Virus record (IMG/VR): IMGVR_UViG_3300023184_000150
Span: 1-57,429 of that record
Origin: a virus
Taxonomy: Duplodnaviria > Caudoviricetes
Reading direction: 5' to 3' (one strand)
Length of the DNA stretch: 57,429 nucleotides
Shown piece by piece: positions 32,102-42,103 of this stretch. The notes under the pieces are model-generated. The model was not told where the DNA came from, ran no database searches, and was given only the letters and a program-made list of their open reading frames with translations. The position numbers were made by a program, and so were the translations under genes. The first letter of the stretch is position 1. Each line of letters starts with the position of its first letter.

Positions 32102-32764
32102 ATGGATAATAAAGAAATGAACAATTTACCTAACGATAATAAGACAAATCAAGCGTCAAAACCTAATGAAACTAGTTCTGTTAGAATTCAAGGGCATATA
32201 AAGATATTTGACCCGGAAACTAAAGAAGTTTTCATTGATAAACGTAATGCAATTCATTACGAAAACTTTTCTATTGCCCTTGCACAAAGTATTTCTAATC
32301 AAGGTAATGGCCCAATTGGAGAAATGGTATTTGGTAATGGTGGATCGAGGGTTGATCCTACTGGTATTATTACATATCTAACACCTAATACTGTTGGTAG
32401 TAATGCATCATTATACAATGAAACGTATTTTAAAACAGTTGATGCAAAAAGAATATCTTCATTAGATCCTGCAAGAAATTTTATGGAATACAGACATTTA
32501 GCTGGAGTTCCATATTCTGATGTTTTAATAAGTTGTTTATTAGATTTTGGAGAACCTAGTGATCAACTGGCCTTTGATAATAGTACAAATCAAGACGGAA
32601 ATTATGTGTTTGATGAATTAGGATTAAAATCTTATAGCGAAGCCGGCCCTAATTTAGGGTCTTTATTAACTCATGTGATATTTCATCCCGTACAAAAATC
32701 TTTAAACAGAATGATTCAAATTGATTATACAATACGAATCCAAAGTATCAGCACTGGAATTTAA
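32102..32764 (+). CDS. Virion structural protein (baseplate/fibre attachment)
   Basis: GHIKIFD...NAI...FGNGG...FDELGL...LLTHVIFHPVQKS resembles fibre-base proteins. Confidence 0.6.
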   Translation: MDNKEMNNLPNDNKTNQASKPNETSSVRIQGHIKIFDPETKEVFIDKRNAIHYENFSIALAQSISNQGNGPIGEMVFGNGGSRVDPTGIITYLTPNTVGSNASLYNETYFKTVDAKRISSLDPARNFMEYRHLAGVPYSDVLISCLLDFGEPSDQLAFDNSTNQDGNYVFDELGLKSYSEAGPNLGSLLTHVIFHPVQKSLNRMIQIDYTIRIQSISTGI

Positions 32765-34524
32765 TGATGACAGCTTCATATGTATTACATTTTTCAGATC
32801 CAAACAACCTAAATACAATTACTGTATTGCCGGTTCCACAAGGTCCCGGAGTTAATATTGATAGTACTAGTTTAACTTTAGTAGGACCCGGATATACTAA
32901 TTATGGTCTTCCTATGGCCCAAAACTTTCTAAAATTATTAGAAAATTTTGCAAGCCCTAATCAACCACAATATCCTATTAAAGGTCAGCTATGGTATGAT
33001 ACATCCAATCCAAAAAAACCTGTTTTAAGAATTAATAATGGAAAATTTACAAGCGGACGATGGCCTAGCGCAAGTGGAATTTATCAACAAACTGATGATC
33101 CAATACTTCGTTATACAACAAGTACAATAGCAGAAGGTGACATATGGGTTGATACAGCACATAATCAATTAAAAATTAGATACAGTAATGATTGGACAGT
33201 TGTTGGACCAAGTGTTCAATCGGGTACTAATAAATCTGGGCCAGAAGCAATAAGTATCGAATCTACCGCAGGTGAGTATTATCCAGTTATTAAGAATTGG
33301 GTAGACGGCCATATTGTAGAAATTATTTCATTTACTAGTTTTACCCCTCGCACAGTCATTGATGGATTTTCATCAATTAAAATTGGAACAAATTTAACAA
33401 CTAAAGTAGTAGCAAAATATAATGGTTTAGCTGAAAAGGCATCTGCACTTGAAGTGTCACCTGGCGTTCTAATAAATGCTAATCAAGTATTAAAAAATTC
33501 TGCATCACTTCAAATACATACAGGAACATTCTATGTTGAAACTTTAAACGGATTATATGTTAGACCTAATGCAACTAGTAGATCAATAAGAATTTATTCT
33601 AACTTGACTAATTCAGCGTTTGTTGATTTTTTAAATATTGATCCAGCAGCTACATTTAGAACAGGTATCGGAACTAGCTCCTTTATTACATTTAATTCAG
33701 GTTATGCAAGTGTAGGTATAAACAAATCCCCTGTATCTAATTCACCAACGTTGGATGTTAATGGTGGGGGTAGATTTTTAAATACACTAACTATTACAAC
33801 TGCATCAACAATTGCATTGTCTGTTGGAGGCGGCGCATCTTTTGGAAAAGATATTTCTACAACTGGATTACGAGTATCAGGGCAAACAACTAGTACAGGA
33901 AAATTAACTGTAGGTGCCTCTGGTAGTGGTATTATTATAGAGCCAGGGATAACAGATCAATATGATATTGGTTCATTGTCTAAAAAATTTAAAGCTATAT
34001 ATGCAAGTGATATATATGCAACTACATTTAATGGTAATGTAACTGGATCTGCGGTTTCATTAGCATCGGCTAGAGATTTTAAAATTCAAGGGCAAGTTAC
34101 AGCAACTGTTGTTACATTTAACGGTACAACCAATGCAATTTTTGCAACTAGTTTAACACGTGATTCAATAAATGCTCAAACTGTTACTGAAACACCTGTT
34201 GCAACACATACATTGTTAGTATTGAATACCGCTACAACAACTTCTAGTTTAGAGAAAATTTCTAAGAAAAGTTTCTTATCTGATGTATATCCTAATATAT
34301 TTCAAACTGGGATGATAATTCCATTTGGAACTTCTACAAATATACCTTCTGGATTTTTAGTATGTGATGGAGTTGCACAATTAATAGTAACATATCCAGA
34401 CTTGTATACATTAATAGGAACTACATATGGTGCTGGAGCATCAGGTACATTTAGAACTCCTAATATGTCTGCAACTACTCAGGTTTCTCCAAGCACATAT
34501 ATAACATATATTATAAAGACTTAA
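32764..34524 (+). CDS. Tail fibre protein with C-terminal tail-collar domain
   Basis: Shared N-terminal module (YG...NFLKLLENFA, GQLWYD); C-terminal GMIIPF...PSGFLVCDG...YPDLYTLIGTTYG...FRTPNM. Confidence 0.75.
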   Translation: MMTASYVLHFSDPNNLNTITVLPVPQGPGVNIDSTSLTLVGPGYTNYGLPMAQNFLKLLENFASPNQPQYPIKGQLWYDTSNPKKPVLRINNGKFTSGRWPSASGIYQQTDDPILRYTTSTIAEGDIWVDTAHNQLKIRYSNDWTVVGPSVQSGTNKSGPEAISIESTAGEYYPVIKNWVDGHIVEIISFTSFTPRTVIDGFSSIKIGTNLTTKVVAKYNGLAEKASALEVSPGVLINANQVLKNSASLQIHTGTFYVETLNGLYVRPNATSRSIRIYSNLTNSAFVDFLNIDPAATFRTGIGTSSFITFNSGYASVGINKSPVSNSPTLDVNGGGRFLNTLTITTASTIALSVGGGASFGKDISTTGLRVSGQTTSTGKLTVGASGSGIIIEPGITDQYDIGSLSKKFKAIYASDIYATTFNGNVTGSAVSLASARDFKIQGQVTATVVTFNGTTNAIFATSLTRDSINAQTVTETPVATHTLLVLNTATTTSSLEKISKKSFLSDVYPNIFQTGMIIPFGTSTNIPSGFLVCDGVAQLIVTYPDLYTLIGTTYGAGASGTFRTPNMSATTQVSPSTYITYIIKT

Positions 34525-34527
34525 AAT

Positions 34528-35520
34528 ATGGCCTATATCATATACAATAATGACGGAACAATTTTAGCAAATATTGCTAATGGTGATATTGATAGTGTTA
34601 CTACTAGCTTAGACTTAATTGGAAAAAATGTTGATAATTACGGGCAATATTTTAATAATGATCTTGTTAAGTTATTAACAAATTTTTCATCTGATGTAAG
34701 TCCAAGAAGTCCTAAAATAGGGCAGTTATGGTTTAATTCTTCTTTAAAGAGATTAACAGTATTTGACGGAACATCATTCAAACCTACATATGGTGCCTAT
34801 GTAAGTGGTACTGAATCAATTACAACAAGTACTGGTGATTTATGGTACGACACTATTAACAGCCAATTAAAAATTTGGAATGGTAGTGTATATAAAACAG
34901 TCGGACCAGCAGTATCAGGATTATATGGAAAATTTGGTGTAGAACCCCCATATACTCCAATTAGAGATTATGATACAAATGTTACACAAAAAGTAGGAAT
35001 ATTGTATTCTAATGGTTCTTCTATTGCGTTATTATCTACATCGTCTTTTTTGATGTCTAGACAAGACGGATTGTCGTATTTGGATTACAATACTACAGCT
35101 ACTATATACCCTGGGATCACTATTAGTAAAAATGTAGATATTAAAGGACTCTTTCGAATCAGAGGAAACGAACAAATATCAGCTAATAGGACATTAACCT
35201 CATATTTTGATATAACATCTTATGGTGATCCAGATGATCCGGATGTTCCTACAGCAAAAACAAATATAGAAGCAGGTAATATTGCTATATCTCAACATTT
35301 GGCTTTGGTATTTACTACTGCAACAAATCAAACGTATTATGATCTAGCTTATCCATATGGCTCTGATGCAAGAGTTGTTTGCTATTATAGTGGCTCTCCG
35401 TCCGTTAGACGATTTGTACTAATACCGGATCCTTTACATCCATCTATTATGATGTGGCGTTGGTGGGATCTATATTATAATACCGCACTTTCAACACTTA
35501 CTAATGTGGTAGTTATCTAA
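34528..35520 (+). CDS. Tail fibre-like virion protein (paralogue)
   Basis: Same N-terminal module (LDLIGKN..NYG, KLLTNF, GQLWFN, GDLWYD). Confidence 0.65.
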   Translation: MAYIIYNNDGTILANIANGDIDSVTTSLDLIGKNVDNYGQYFNNDLVKLLTNFSSDVSPRSPKIGQLWFNSSLKRLTVFDGTSFKPTYGAYVSGTESITTSTGDLWYDTINSQLKIWNGSVYKTVGPAVSGLYGKFGVEPPYTPIRDYDTNVTQKVGILYSNGSSIALLSTSSFLMSRQDGLSYLDYNTTATIYPGITISKNVDIKGLFRIRGNEQISANRTLTSYFDITSYGDPDDPDVPTAKTNIEAGNIAISQHLALVFTTATNQTYYDLAYPYGSDARVVCYYSGSPSVRRFVLIPDPLHPSIMMWRWWDLYYNTALSTLTNVVVI

Positions 35521-35532
35521 GGATTATATCAA

Positions 35533-36819
35533 ATGGCATATATTTTAAACAAAACAAATGGGTCAATAATTGCTACAGTGCAAGATGCCACTATCGATTT
35601 ATCTACTGATTTAATATTTCTTGGCAGAAATTATGCCGGCTATGGTGAGCCTCAAAATGAAAATTTTATTAGATTATTGGAAAATTTTGCAAATTCAACT
35701 CCGCCATCTAAACCAATTGAAGGTGAAATTTGGTATGACTCATCAAATAAAAGAATAAATTTTTATGATTCAAAAGAATGGAAAAGTGTTTCAAATTTAG
35801 TAGTTAGTGAAACTGATCCGTTCAATATTTCTAATCCACCTCCAATTGGTAATCTATGGTATAATTCTTTAGAAGATCAATTGTTTGCATCTAATGGAGA
35901 CGAATATATATTAATTGGACCTCCTACTGGAGCTGATACTCAGGCAGGTTGGAGAGGTTCATTTGAACAAGATCTCAATAGTACAGGTATAAACATTTAC
36001 AATATTAAAGCGATAATTGGTTCAGATGTTGTTGCAGTAGTTTCCAATCAAGAATATACTGTATATTCCGCACCATTTCCTGCAAGTCCTAAATATCCTA
36101 TATATAATGGTGAAAATGTTCCTAGGCTACACAAGGGCATTAATTTAATAGGAGCAAATGCAACTACTGGAGTATCTGCATACGTTAATTCATCAAATGT
36201 ATATAGTAGTGGTACTGTATTATGGGGAACTGCTGCTCATGCTATATCTGCAAATTCTGCAACTTCATCGGCTGGGTTTATATATGGAGAATATGCTTTA
36301 AATGCATATAAACCCATTTCTTTTTTAAATACATCTACTGGTAATAAAGCAACTGTTAATATAAATCATGGCTTTACCTACAATCCTTTTACTAACTATG
36401 TAAAAGCAACTAGGTTTGAAGGTACTGCTACTAGTGCGTTTTATGCAGATTTGGCAGAAAGATATGCAGCAGATGCAATTTATGAACCAGGCACGGTTTT
36501 AATTATAGGTGGTGAAAAAGAAGTTACAACAACTGCAATTTATGCTGATACAAGGGTAGCGGGCATAGTAAGTAAAAACCCAGCCTATATGATGAATTCC
36601 GAGGCCGGAACCGACGAAACTCACCCTTATATTGCCTTAAAAGGTCGCGTTCCTTGCAAAGTTTCAGGTCCTGTAATTAAAGGTGATCTACTAGTAACAA
36701 GCGGCACTCCGGGATATGCTCAAGTATGGTCTTCTCGAGCTCCTGAAGGATCTGTAATAGCAAAGGCCCTCGAAAATAATCTCGAAGGCCTTGGTATTAT
36801 TGAGGTACTAGTAGTTTAA
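35533..36819 (+). CDS. Tail fibre-like protein with C-terminal intramolecular chaperone (peptidase G2-like)
   Basis: Same N-terminal module; YADLAERY..D..YEPGTVL.IGG, GIVSKNPAYMMN, LKGRVPCKV.GP..KGDLLV. Confidence 0.7.
   Translation: MAYILNKTNGSIIATVQDATIDLSTDLIFLGRNYAGYGEPQNENFIRLLENFANSTPPSKPIEGEIWYDSSNKRINFYDSKEWKSVSNLVVSETDPFNISNPPPIGNLWYNSLEDQLFASNGDEYILIGPPTGADTQAGWRGSFEQDLNSTGINIYNIKAIIGSDVVAVVSNQEYTVYSAPFPASPKYPIYNGENVPRLHKGINLIGANATTGVSAYVNSSNVYSSGTVLWGTAAHAISANSATSSAGFIYGEYALNAYKPISFLNTSTGNKATVNINHGFTYNPFTNYVKATRFEGTATSAFYADLAERYAADAIYEPGTVLIIGGEKEVTTTAIYADTRVAGIVSKNPAYMMNSEAGTDETHPYIALKGRVPCKVSGPVIKGDLLVTSGTPGYAQVWSSRAPEGSVIAKALENNLEGLGIIEVLVV
36760..36792 (-). terminator. Putative intrinsic terminator for the minus-strand transcript, embedded in the convergent fibre gene
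   Basis: 11-bp stem 36763-36773/36782-36792; its single mismatch is a G.U pair only on the minus strand; short U tract. Confidence 0.45.
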
Positions 36820-37697
36820 ACTGCCATTGATGCTTTAATGGATGCATGGAAATTGTATCCAATTAATTTAACGTCTTCCATAGTAAATTTAGTTATATCG
36901 GTAATATCTGTATTAAGCTCTATTGTAGGTAATACTAATGGTACTCTACTCAATTGTTCTCTAACTTGCTCCAAGTGATTATCATATATGTGTGCATCAC
37001 CAAATGAAATAATCAATTCACCTACTGTAAGGCTGCACACTTGTGCAACCATATGTATCAATAATGCGTAACTTGCAATGTTAAAAGGCACCCCGAGAAA
37101 CATATCAGCACTACGCTGATACATATGGCAACTTAACTTACCACTACTACTTACATAAAATTGTGCCATCATGTGACAAGGAGGAAGCGCCATTAAATCA
37201 ATTTCACCGGGATTCCATGCACTGATGATATGCCTACGTCCATATGGATCTTTTTTAATACCATTAATCAATGTTTGTAATTGATCAACGTGTTTAACTG
37301 CCATGCGATTAGCGCCAAACACCGGAGCACGCCATGCTCTCCACTGAACTCCGTATATCCTACCAAGGTCTCCTTTGAATCTTGCCTTTGGTTTCCAGTA
37401 ATCTGCATTAGCATTACCAGACCAGATGGTACTTTCTGTACTAGTACGACTACCGTATAGAATCTCTTTTAAGCGATTCTCGTCCCCACTACCTTCAATA
37501 AACCATAGTAGTTCGCTAACAACAGCTTTCCAAGCTAACCGTTTTGTGGTAATAGCTGGAAATCCTTCTTGCAAATTAAACTTTAATTGCAGTCCAAATT
37601 TACTGATAGTACCAACACCTGTTCTATCAGGTCGATGCTCTCCAGTTTCTAAAATATCTGAAAGAGCATCGCGATAGGTGTGTTCGGAATCTGACAT
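36816..37697 (-). CDS. thyA: Thymidylate synthase
   Basis: DRTGVGT, ELLWF, YGVQWR, RRHIISAWN, ALPPCH, YQRSADMFLGVPFNIASY, GDAHIY. Confidence 0.97.
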   Translation of the reverse strand: MSDSEHTYRDALSDILETGEHRPDRTGVGTISKFGLQLKFNLQEGFPAITTKRLAWKAVVSELLWFIEGSGDENRLKEILYGSRTSTESTIWSGNANADYWKPKARFKGDLGRIYGVQWRAWRAPVFGANRMAVKHVDQLQTLINGIKKDPYGRRHIISAWNPGEIDLMALPPCHMMAQFYVSSSGKLSCHMYQRSADMFLGVPFNIASYALLIHMVAQVCSLTVGELIISFGDAHIYDNHLEQVREQLSRVPLVLPTIELNTDITDITKFTMEDVKLIGYNFHASIKASMAV

Positions 37698-38335
37698 TAA
37701 GCAGCAACAGTTTTCTTAGCCTTAGATTCTTTAGCCTTTGGTGGATCAATAGCATCTGCCATTCTACGGAAATTAGCAGCATCCTTGGCTAACTTGTCAG
37801 CTTTGGAACGATATTGTTTTGCAACTAGTATAGGATCAGACACTTCTTCAGTAGATTCAATCACTACAGATTTTTTATGATCTACTACTACGACGTCTGG
37901 TACAATGATTTCTTCTTTAATTGCAGTTTCCTTAACGGTTCCTTCTTCACTAACCGCAAGATCCTCTACTCTGATTCCTTTTTGTTCAGCAATCATTTTG
38001 TTGAGTTCATCTAATTGTGTTGTTGATTGACTACTAGGAGTCATTAATACAAGATTAGTTGGGACTTTTTTAAGATGTCCGTTGGCGTGCAAGTATTGTA
38101 GCATGACAGTACCATCTGGAAATCTTCGAGAAGCAAGAATATCTGCTAGTTCATTAGCCTGTTGTCCTGAATCACTTTCAATAAGACTCATTAATGCATC
38201 ATGATATGAATCAGTTAGTCCGTTAGTACCTACTACTAATGCATTAGTGGGCTCGCCTGGAAGAGTACGATAAACTACTGCTACACGAGCAGAATTGTTT
38301 TTCATCTTTCCTACATGTTTGGTAAATTTAGCCAT
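37697..38335 (-). CDS. Hypothetical phage protein
   Basis: 212-aa ORF, GGAG RBS, abuts thyA. Confidence 0.7.
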   Translation of the reverse strand: MAKFTKHVGKMKNNSARVAVVYRTLPGEPTNALVVGTNGLTDSYHDALMSLIESDSGQQANELADILASRRFPDGTVMLQYLHANGHLKKVPTNLVLMTPSSQSTTQLDELNKMIAEQKGIRVEDLAVSEEGTVKETAIKEEIIVPDVVVVDHKKSVVIESTEEVSDPILVAKQYRSKADKLAKDAANFRRMADAIDPPKAKESKAKKTVAA

Positions 38336-38350
38336 GCTACTCTCCTTGTA

Positions 38351-38566
38351 TTATTCTGCGGCTGCAGGCTGATCTTCAGTCTTCGGTGGTGCTACTGCAA
38401 CTAAAAATGCATTTAGTTTGTCATAGGTTGCACCGACTGCTGAAATTTCATTAGCAGCAAATACACCACGGCGAATTCCCACTTCTACAATTGATCGTAG
38501 ATTTGCTAGATCGGTAATTGTAAGTTCTGGTGTTGCGGCAGTTTCTTGAGGTTGATTTTCTTCCAT
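38351..38566 (-). CDS. Hypothetical phage protein
   Basis: 71-aa ORF with AAGGA RBS in a tight operon. Confidence 0.7.
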   Translation of the reverse strand: MEENQPQETAATPELTITDLANLRSIVEVGIRRGVFAANEISAVGATYDKLNAFLVAVAPPKTEDQPAAAE

Positions 38567-38567
38567 T

Positions 38568-38852
38568 TTATTTTTCCTTATGTAAATTATTGCATCCTAT
38601 TGCTAGCATGGTTAGTTCTTTCGGATCTTCCATTCCTATTTCAGTAGTAACTTTGATTTTCCTGTTTTGATCTAAACCATATCCTTCTAGAATGGCATAT
38701 CTACCATTCAAATTATATTCAATCCAATGTTCGATGTCTTTAACATTAAATCTATGCTCTATTTTTAAAATCGTAAAATGCTCTGGAATAAAGGATAGTT
38801 TCCTTAATCCTAATAATCCCAAAGCATTTATTGTTCCTCTATTTAGAGACAT
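38568..38852 (-). CDS. Hypothetical phage protein
   Basis: 94-aa ORF in a tight operon. Confidence 0.65.
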   Translation of the reverse strand: MSLNRGTINALGLLGLRKLSFIPEHFTILKIEHRFNVKDIEHWIEYNLNGRYAILEGYGLDQNRKIKVTTEIGMEDPKELTMLAIGCNNLHKEK

Positions 38853-38864
38853 TATATACCTATT

Positions 38865-40133
38865 TTATTTATAATGTGCAGTCTGACCATAGGGTGCAAT
38901 TATGGTTTCGTTGCCGTGAATAATAAACAATGTATCACAGTAATCTTCATCACCCCAGCTGCCGCAAGGATATCCATCAGTGAACATAATGAATTTTTTA
39001 GGTTCAATATTTTGATTCTTCATAAATTCAAAATTCACATCAAAATCAGTACCACCGCCGCCCTTACATTCATAAGATGTAATGTCATCAGCAGAATCTC
39101 CTGAAAAACAAGCATAGTTATAAATCTCTGTGTCAAAGCACCAGAGATCTAATTTAAAATCTTTGTACTCGTCCATAATGCCTTTAACCTCACTGATGAA
39201 ATCTTTAGCCATTGCGTCTGAAATACTACCACTCATGTCAATTGCTACTGAAACATCTACGGTTTCGTCATTCATTAAGCCTGGAAGAATAGCACCGCAA
39301 TGTTGGCTCTTACGATTTGGGCGGTTGAAACTAAAATTGCTTTTTAGAATACTTTGAATATTCATACGCAACATCTGACGCCAATCCATTTTAGGCTCAG
39401 TAAAGTCACCGATCATACGTTGGATACCAGCAGGCACTCGTCCAGCACCTGCAGATTGTGCAGCCGCCACCATTGCCTCTTTGATCTCATCACGGATCTG
39501 TTTCTTTTCCTCAGCGGTTAGTTTAGGACGACCTTTGCCACTACCATCGACATCACCGTCATTCCCACCGCCTTCACTATTACCGTCATCACCGTCATCT
39601 AGATGTTCGTCTAGCAATTCACCTAGTGAAGCAATATCAATCTTATCTGCTTTTTCGTAAAGAATGTCGTAGATTTGTTCATAGCTCATGCCACGATATT
39701 TGTCGTCTTGATAAATTTTAATAAAGTTTGGAACAATGCCAATACGTTCATCTTTTAGAATTTGATTTGTTGCATAGTCTGCGGCAATATTTGACAATAC
39801 AGGATCACGATGATCACGACGACCCATATGATCAAATACATTATGTAGAACTTCATGTGCAAATCCAAACTCTGCTTCTTTAGGAGTTAGTTTATTAACA
39901 AAGCCGTTATTGTAATAAAAGTTACGACCGTCTGTAGCCAATGTACCGCACCAATCAGATGCATCTACCATTTTAAGACGTGTAGCTAAATTGCCAAAGA
40001 ATGGATGACGTAGCAATAGTCCAACACGAGCAGTAATAAGTTTATCTAAGATCTTATTCTTTTCTGTTGTGGTGAATTCTTTGCTGGCCCAATCTTGTTT
40101 TTTAACTTTCTCTGTTTTCATTACTGACGACAT
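38865..40133 (-). CDS. Metallopeptidase-like + VWA domain protein (DUF2201-type MoxR partner)
   Basis: HEVLH (HExxH), acidic Gly-rich linker, MIDAS DMSGS, GGGGTDF, FTDG. Confidence 0.85.
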   Translation of the reverse strand: MSSVMKTEKVKKQDWASKEFTTTEKNKILDKLITARVGLLLRHPFFGNLATRLKMVDASDWCGTLATDGRNFYYNNGFVNKLTPKEAEFGFAHEVLHNVFDHMGRRDHRDPVLSNIAADYATNQILKDERIGIVPNFIKIYQDDKYRGMSYEQIYDILYEKADKIDIASLGELLDEHLDDGDDGNSEGGGNDGDVDGSGKGRPKLTAEEKKQIRDEIKEAMVAAAQSAGAGRVPAGIQRMIGDFTEPKMDWRQMLRMNIQSILKSNFSFNRPNRKSQHCGAILPGLMNDETVDVSVAIDMSGSISDAMAKDFISEVKGIMDEYKDFKLDLWCFDTEIYNYACFSGDSADDITSYECKGGGGTDFDVNFEFMKNQNIEPKKFIMFTDGYPCGSWGDEDYCDTLFIIHGNETIIAPYGQTAHYK

Positions 40134-40161
40134 AGTGTATCCTTTTAGTGTTCGAGTGTAT

Positions 40162-40190
40162 ATTATACATTAAATTTATCAAAAGAGCAA
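40162..40190 (-). promoter_or_regulatory. Sigma70-type promoter
   Basis: TTGCTC-17-TATAAT. Confidence 0.6.
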
Positions 40191-40192
40191 GT

Positions 40193-40213
40193 AAAAAGGG
40201 TCCCTAAGGACCC
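40193..40213 (-). terminator. Intrinsic terminator after the MoxR gene
   Basis: GGGTCC/GGACCC stem, 4-nt loop, followed by UUUUU on the minus strand. Confidence 0.7.
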
Positions 40214-40217
40214 AATT

Positions 40218-41300
40218 TTAACCTTCCATTGCTTGGATAATGTATTTGCCATACTTCTCATGGAAGCGATCAAAGTTCTTCAACTTACTTGCATCAAACG
40301 GCAGTTCATAACTAGTTAATGCAACTTTGGCACCCATAACAATTAGCTCAGTTGGGAAGTTCTCCATTAAGAATTCGAAGAAGTTATCTGCCATTTCGTC
40401 CCAGCCTTTAACTTTCTTGCGATCTGCTTCTTGCAGTTCGTAACAAAGACTAATGCTCAACGAGTACATTGCAGAGATTTCTTTGATACTAGACTTCTTA
40501 ACCTTACCTGCCAAAATGTCTGAAGGGTTAGGCATCTGTTTAGCAACACGGCGATGAGCCATAAACTTAACAGCAAGACCTTCGCCGACTGCACCTGCAA
40601 TCAAATCAGTTAATGTAGAATCGGACACATCGTCATCTTCAAGCAATTCGCTAACAAAAGACCAAGAACGAGGAGTAGCAAACGCACGACTTGCGGACTT
40701 AGGATCAAAGTCGTATAGGTCTTGTTTAGCAAAGCCCAAGTAACCAACAACTTGTTCATGCAAGCGATTCTTAACAGCCCATTCTTGCCAATCTTCGTAG
40801 TCTGTACGCAATTCCAAATGCAAGAAACGATTAGCTAACGGAGCAGGCATGCGATATGTAACACCTTTGTCAGTTTCACGATTACCTGCTGCTACAATAG
40901 CAACACCTTTTGGTAGTTGATAAGTTCCAACACGACGATTAAGAACCAATTGGAAAGCCGCTGCCTGTGTAGCAGGTGCCGCCGAGTTCAACTCATCCAA
41001 GAAAAGGATAGCAGTTGATTCTGGATCAGTGGGCAATTCTGCAGGAGGAGCCCATGTCATAGTGTTTTCGTTACTATTGTAATATGGAATACCTTTAATG
41101 TCAGTAGGTTCCCAAAGGCTCAAACGTACATCAATTACTTCACGAGCTTGTTCGTCGCCCAGTTGTTTAATGATGTCCGATTTACCAATACCGGGAGGGC
41201 CCCACATGAACACAGGGCGCTGCTTTTTCAAGCATTTACGGATTGCTAGTTTAGCTTCGTTAGGGCTAACGGTACGATTTGCGGAAATTTTCTCTGCCAT
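40218..41300 (-). CDS. MoxR/dynein-related AAA+ ATPase
   Basis: GPPGIGKS Walker A, LFLDE Walker B, AAGN sensor, PLANRF arginine finger, TPRSW. Confidence 0.9.
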   Translation of the reverse strand: MAEKISANRTVSPNEAKLAIRKCLKKQRPVFMWGPPGIGKSDIIKQLGDEQAREVIDVRLSLWEPTDIKGIPYYNSNENTMTWAPPAELPTDPESTAILFLDELNSAAPATQAAAFQLVLNRRVGTYQLPKGVAIVAAGNRETDKGVTYRMPAPLANRFLHLELRTDYEDWQEWAVKNRLHEQVVGYLGFAKQDLYDFDPKSASRAFATPRSWSFVSELLEDDDVSDSTLTDLIAGAVGEGLAVKFMAHRRVAKQMPNPSDILAGKVKKSSIKEISAMYSLSISLCYELQEADRKKVKGWDEMADNFFEFLMENFPTELIVMGAKVALTSYELPFDASKLKNFDRFHEKYGKYIIQAMEG

Positions 41301-41362
41301 AAAAAACTTTCAGTGGTTTAGTTAATTAAAAATACTATTGCTTCTTGCTGTAGTATGTATTA

Positions 41363-41391
41363 ATTATACTGCATTTTGCTTCTATTGTCAA
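41363..41391 (-). promoter_or_regulatory. Consensus sigma70 (early) promoter
   Basis: Perfect TTGACA-17-TATAAT. Confidence 0.8.
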
Positions 41392-41396
41392 GTACT

Positions 41397-41777
41397 TTAT
41401 TGTTTTTCAGCAAATCTCTTCTGTGCTCGTTGTAATTTTTGGAGATTTCCTGCAAATAGAACCAGTTGTACAGCCATCTTTTCTCCAAAAAGATATATTT
41501 CTTTGTGGGTTATATAAAATGGACAATCAATATTCCGATCTATCCAAAGCAAAAGTGAGTTATTAACATAAATGGACTCATCAAATTCTACTCTGTGATG
41601 TTTTATACCGGCATCAACCAAGCATTCAAACCCTTTTTCAGTGAGCCATAACCCGCCTTTTTCTTTAAGTCTGATGTTTTGCCAAAATACATGTACTAGT
41701 TTTCTTATAGATTTATCGTCAGTAGCAAGCCCGAGCTGTTCTGCTACATATTTGGTAATTTTAATTTTTGGATTCAT
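41397..41777 (-). CDS. Hypothetical phage protein
   Basis: ORF in the operon; ATG 41777 preferred over GTG 41792. Confidence 0.65.
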   Translation of the reverse strand: MNPKIKITKYVAEQLGLATDDKSIRKLVHVFWQNIRLKEKGGLWLTEKGFECLVDAGIKHHRVEFDESIYVNNSLLLWIDRNIDCPFYITHKEIYLFGEKMAVQLVLFAGNLQKLQRAQKRFAEKQ

Positions 41778-42060
41778 CGGTGATTTTCTCACCTGTAGTT
41801 AGTTTATACACAGAAAACTCAGTAGAATTGAACATTTTATTTAATTTTTCGGCTAGGTTAAATGCATGTCCGCTGTTAGCAAAGGATACTTTCTTATACT
41901 TTGGACCTACTTCCTGTGCAACCATACTACTGGTTTTTAGATTGATTGGTTTATCTTGATAAAACACAGACCAAACGGCGTCAGATTCCAAAACTTGATC
42001 TGTTTTATATGATTTTTTGTTTGTTATCTCTAACAATACATTAGGTTTAGGTCTTGACAT
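41761..42060 (-). CDS. Hypothetical phage protein
   Basis: MSRPKP start at 42060 follows a GGAG RBS; ATAAATA element at 42090-42096. Confidence 0.7.
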   Translation of the reverse strand: MSRPKPNVLLEITNKKSYKTDQVLESDAVWSVFYQDKPINLKTSSMVAQEVGPKYKKVSFANSGHAFNLAEKLNKMFNSTEFSVYKLTTGEKITDESKN

Positions 42061-42103
42061 TATATACGACTCTCCAAAAAGTGCGTATATATTTATCGGA
42101 TTT

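Noticed and set aside
30640-36819. Diversity-generating retroelement target in the fibre or Ig genes
   Set aside because: No reverse transcriptase, and no near-identical repeat pair differing at adenines, was seen in the window.
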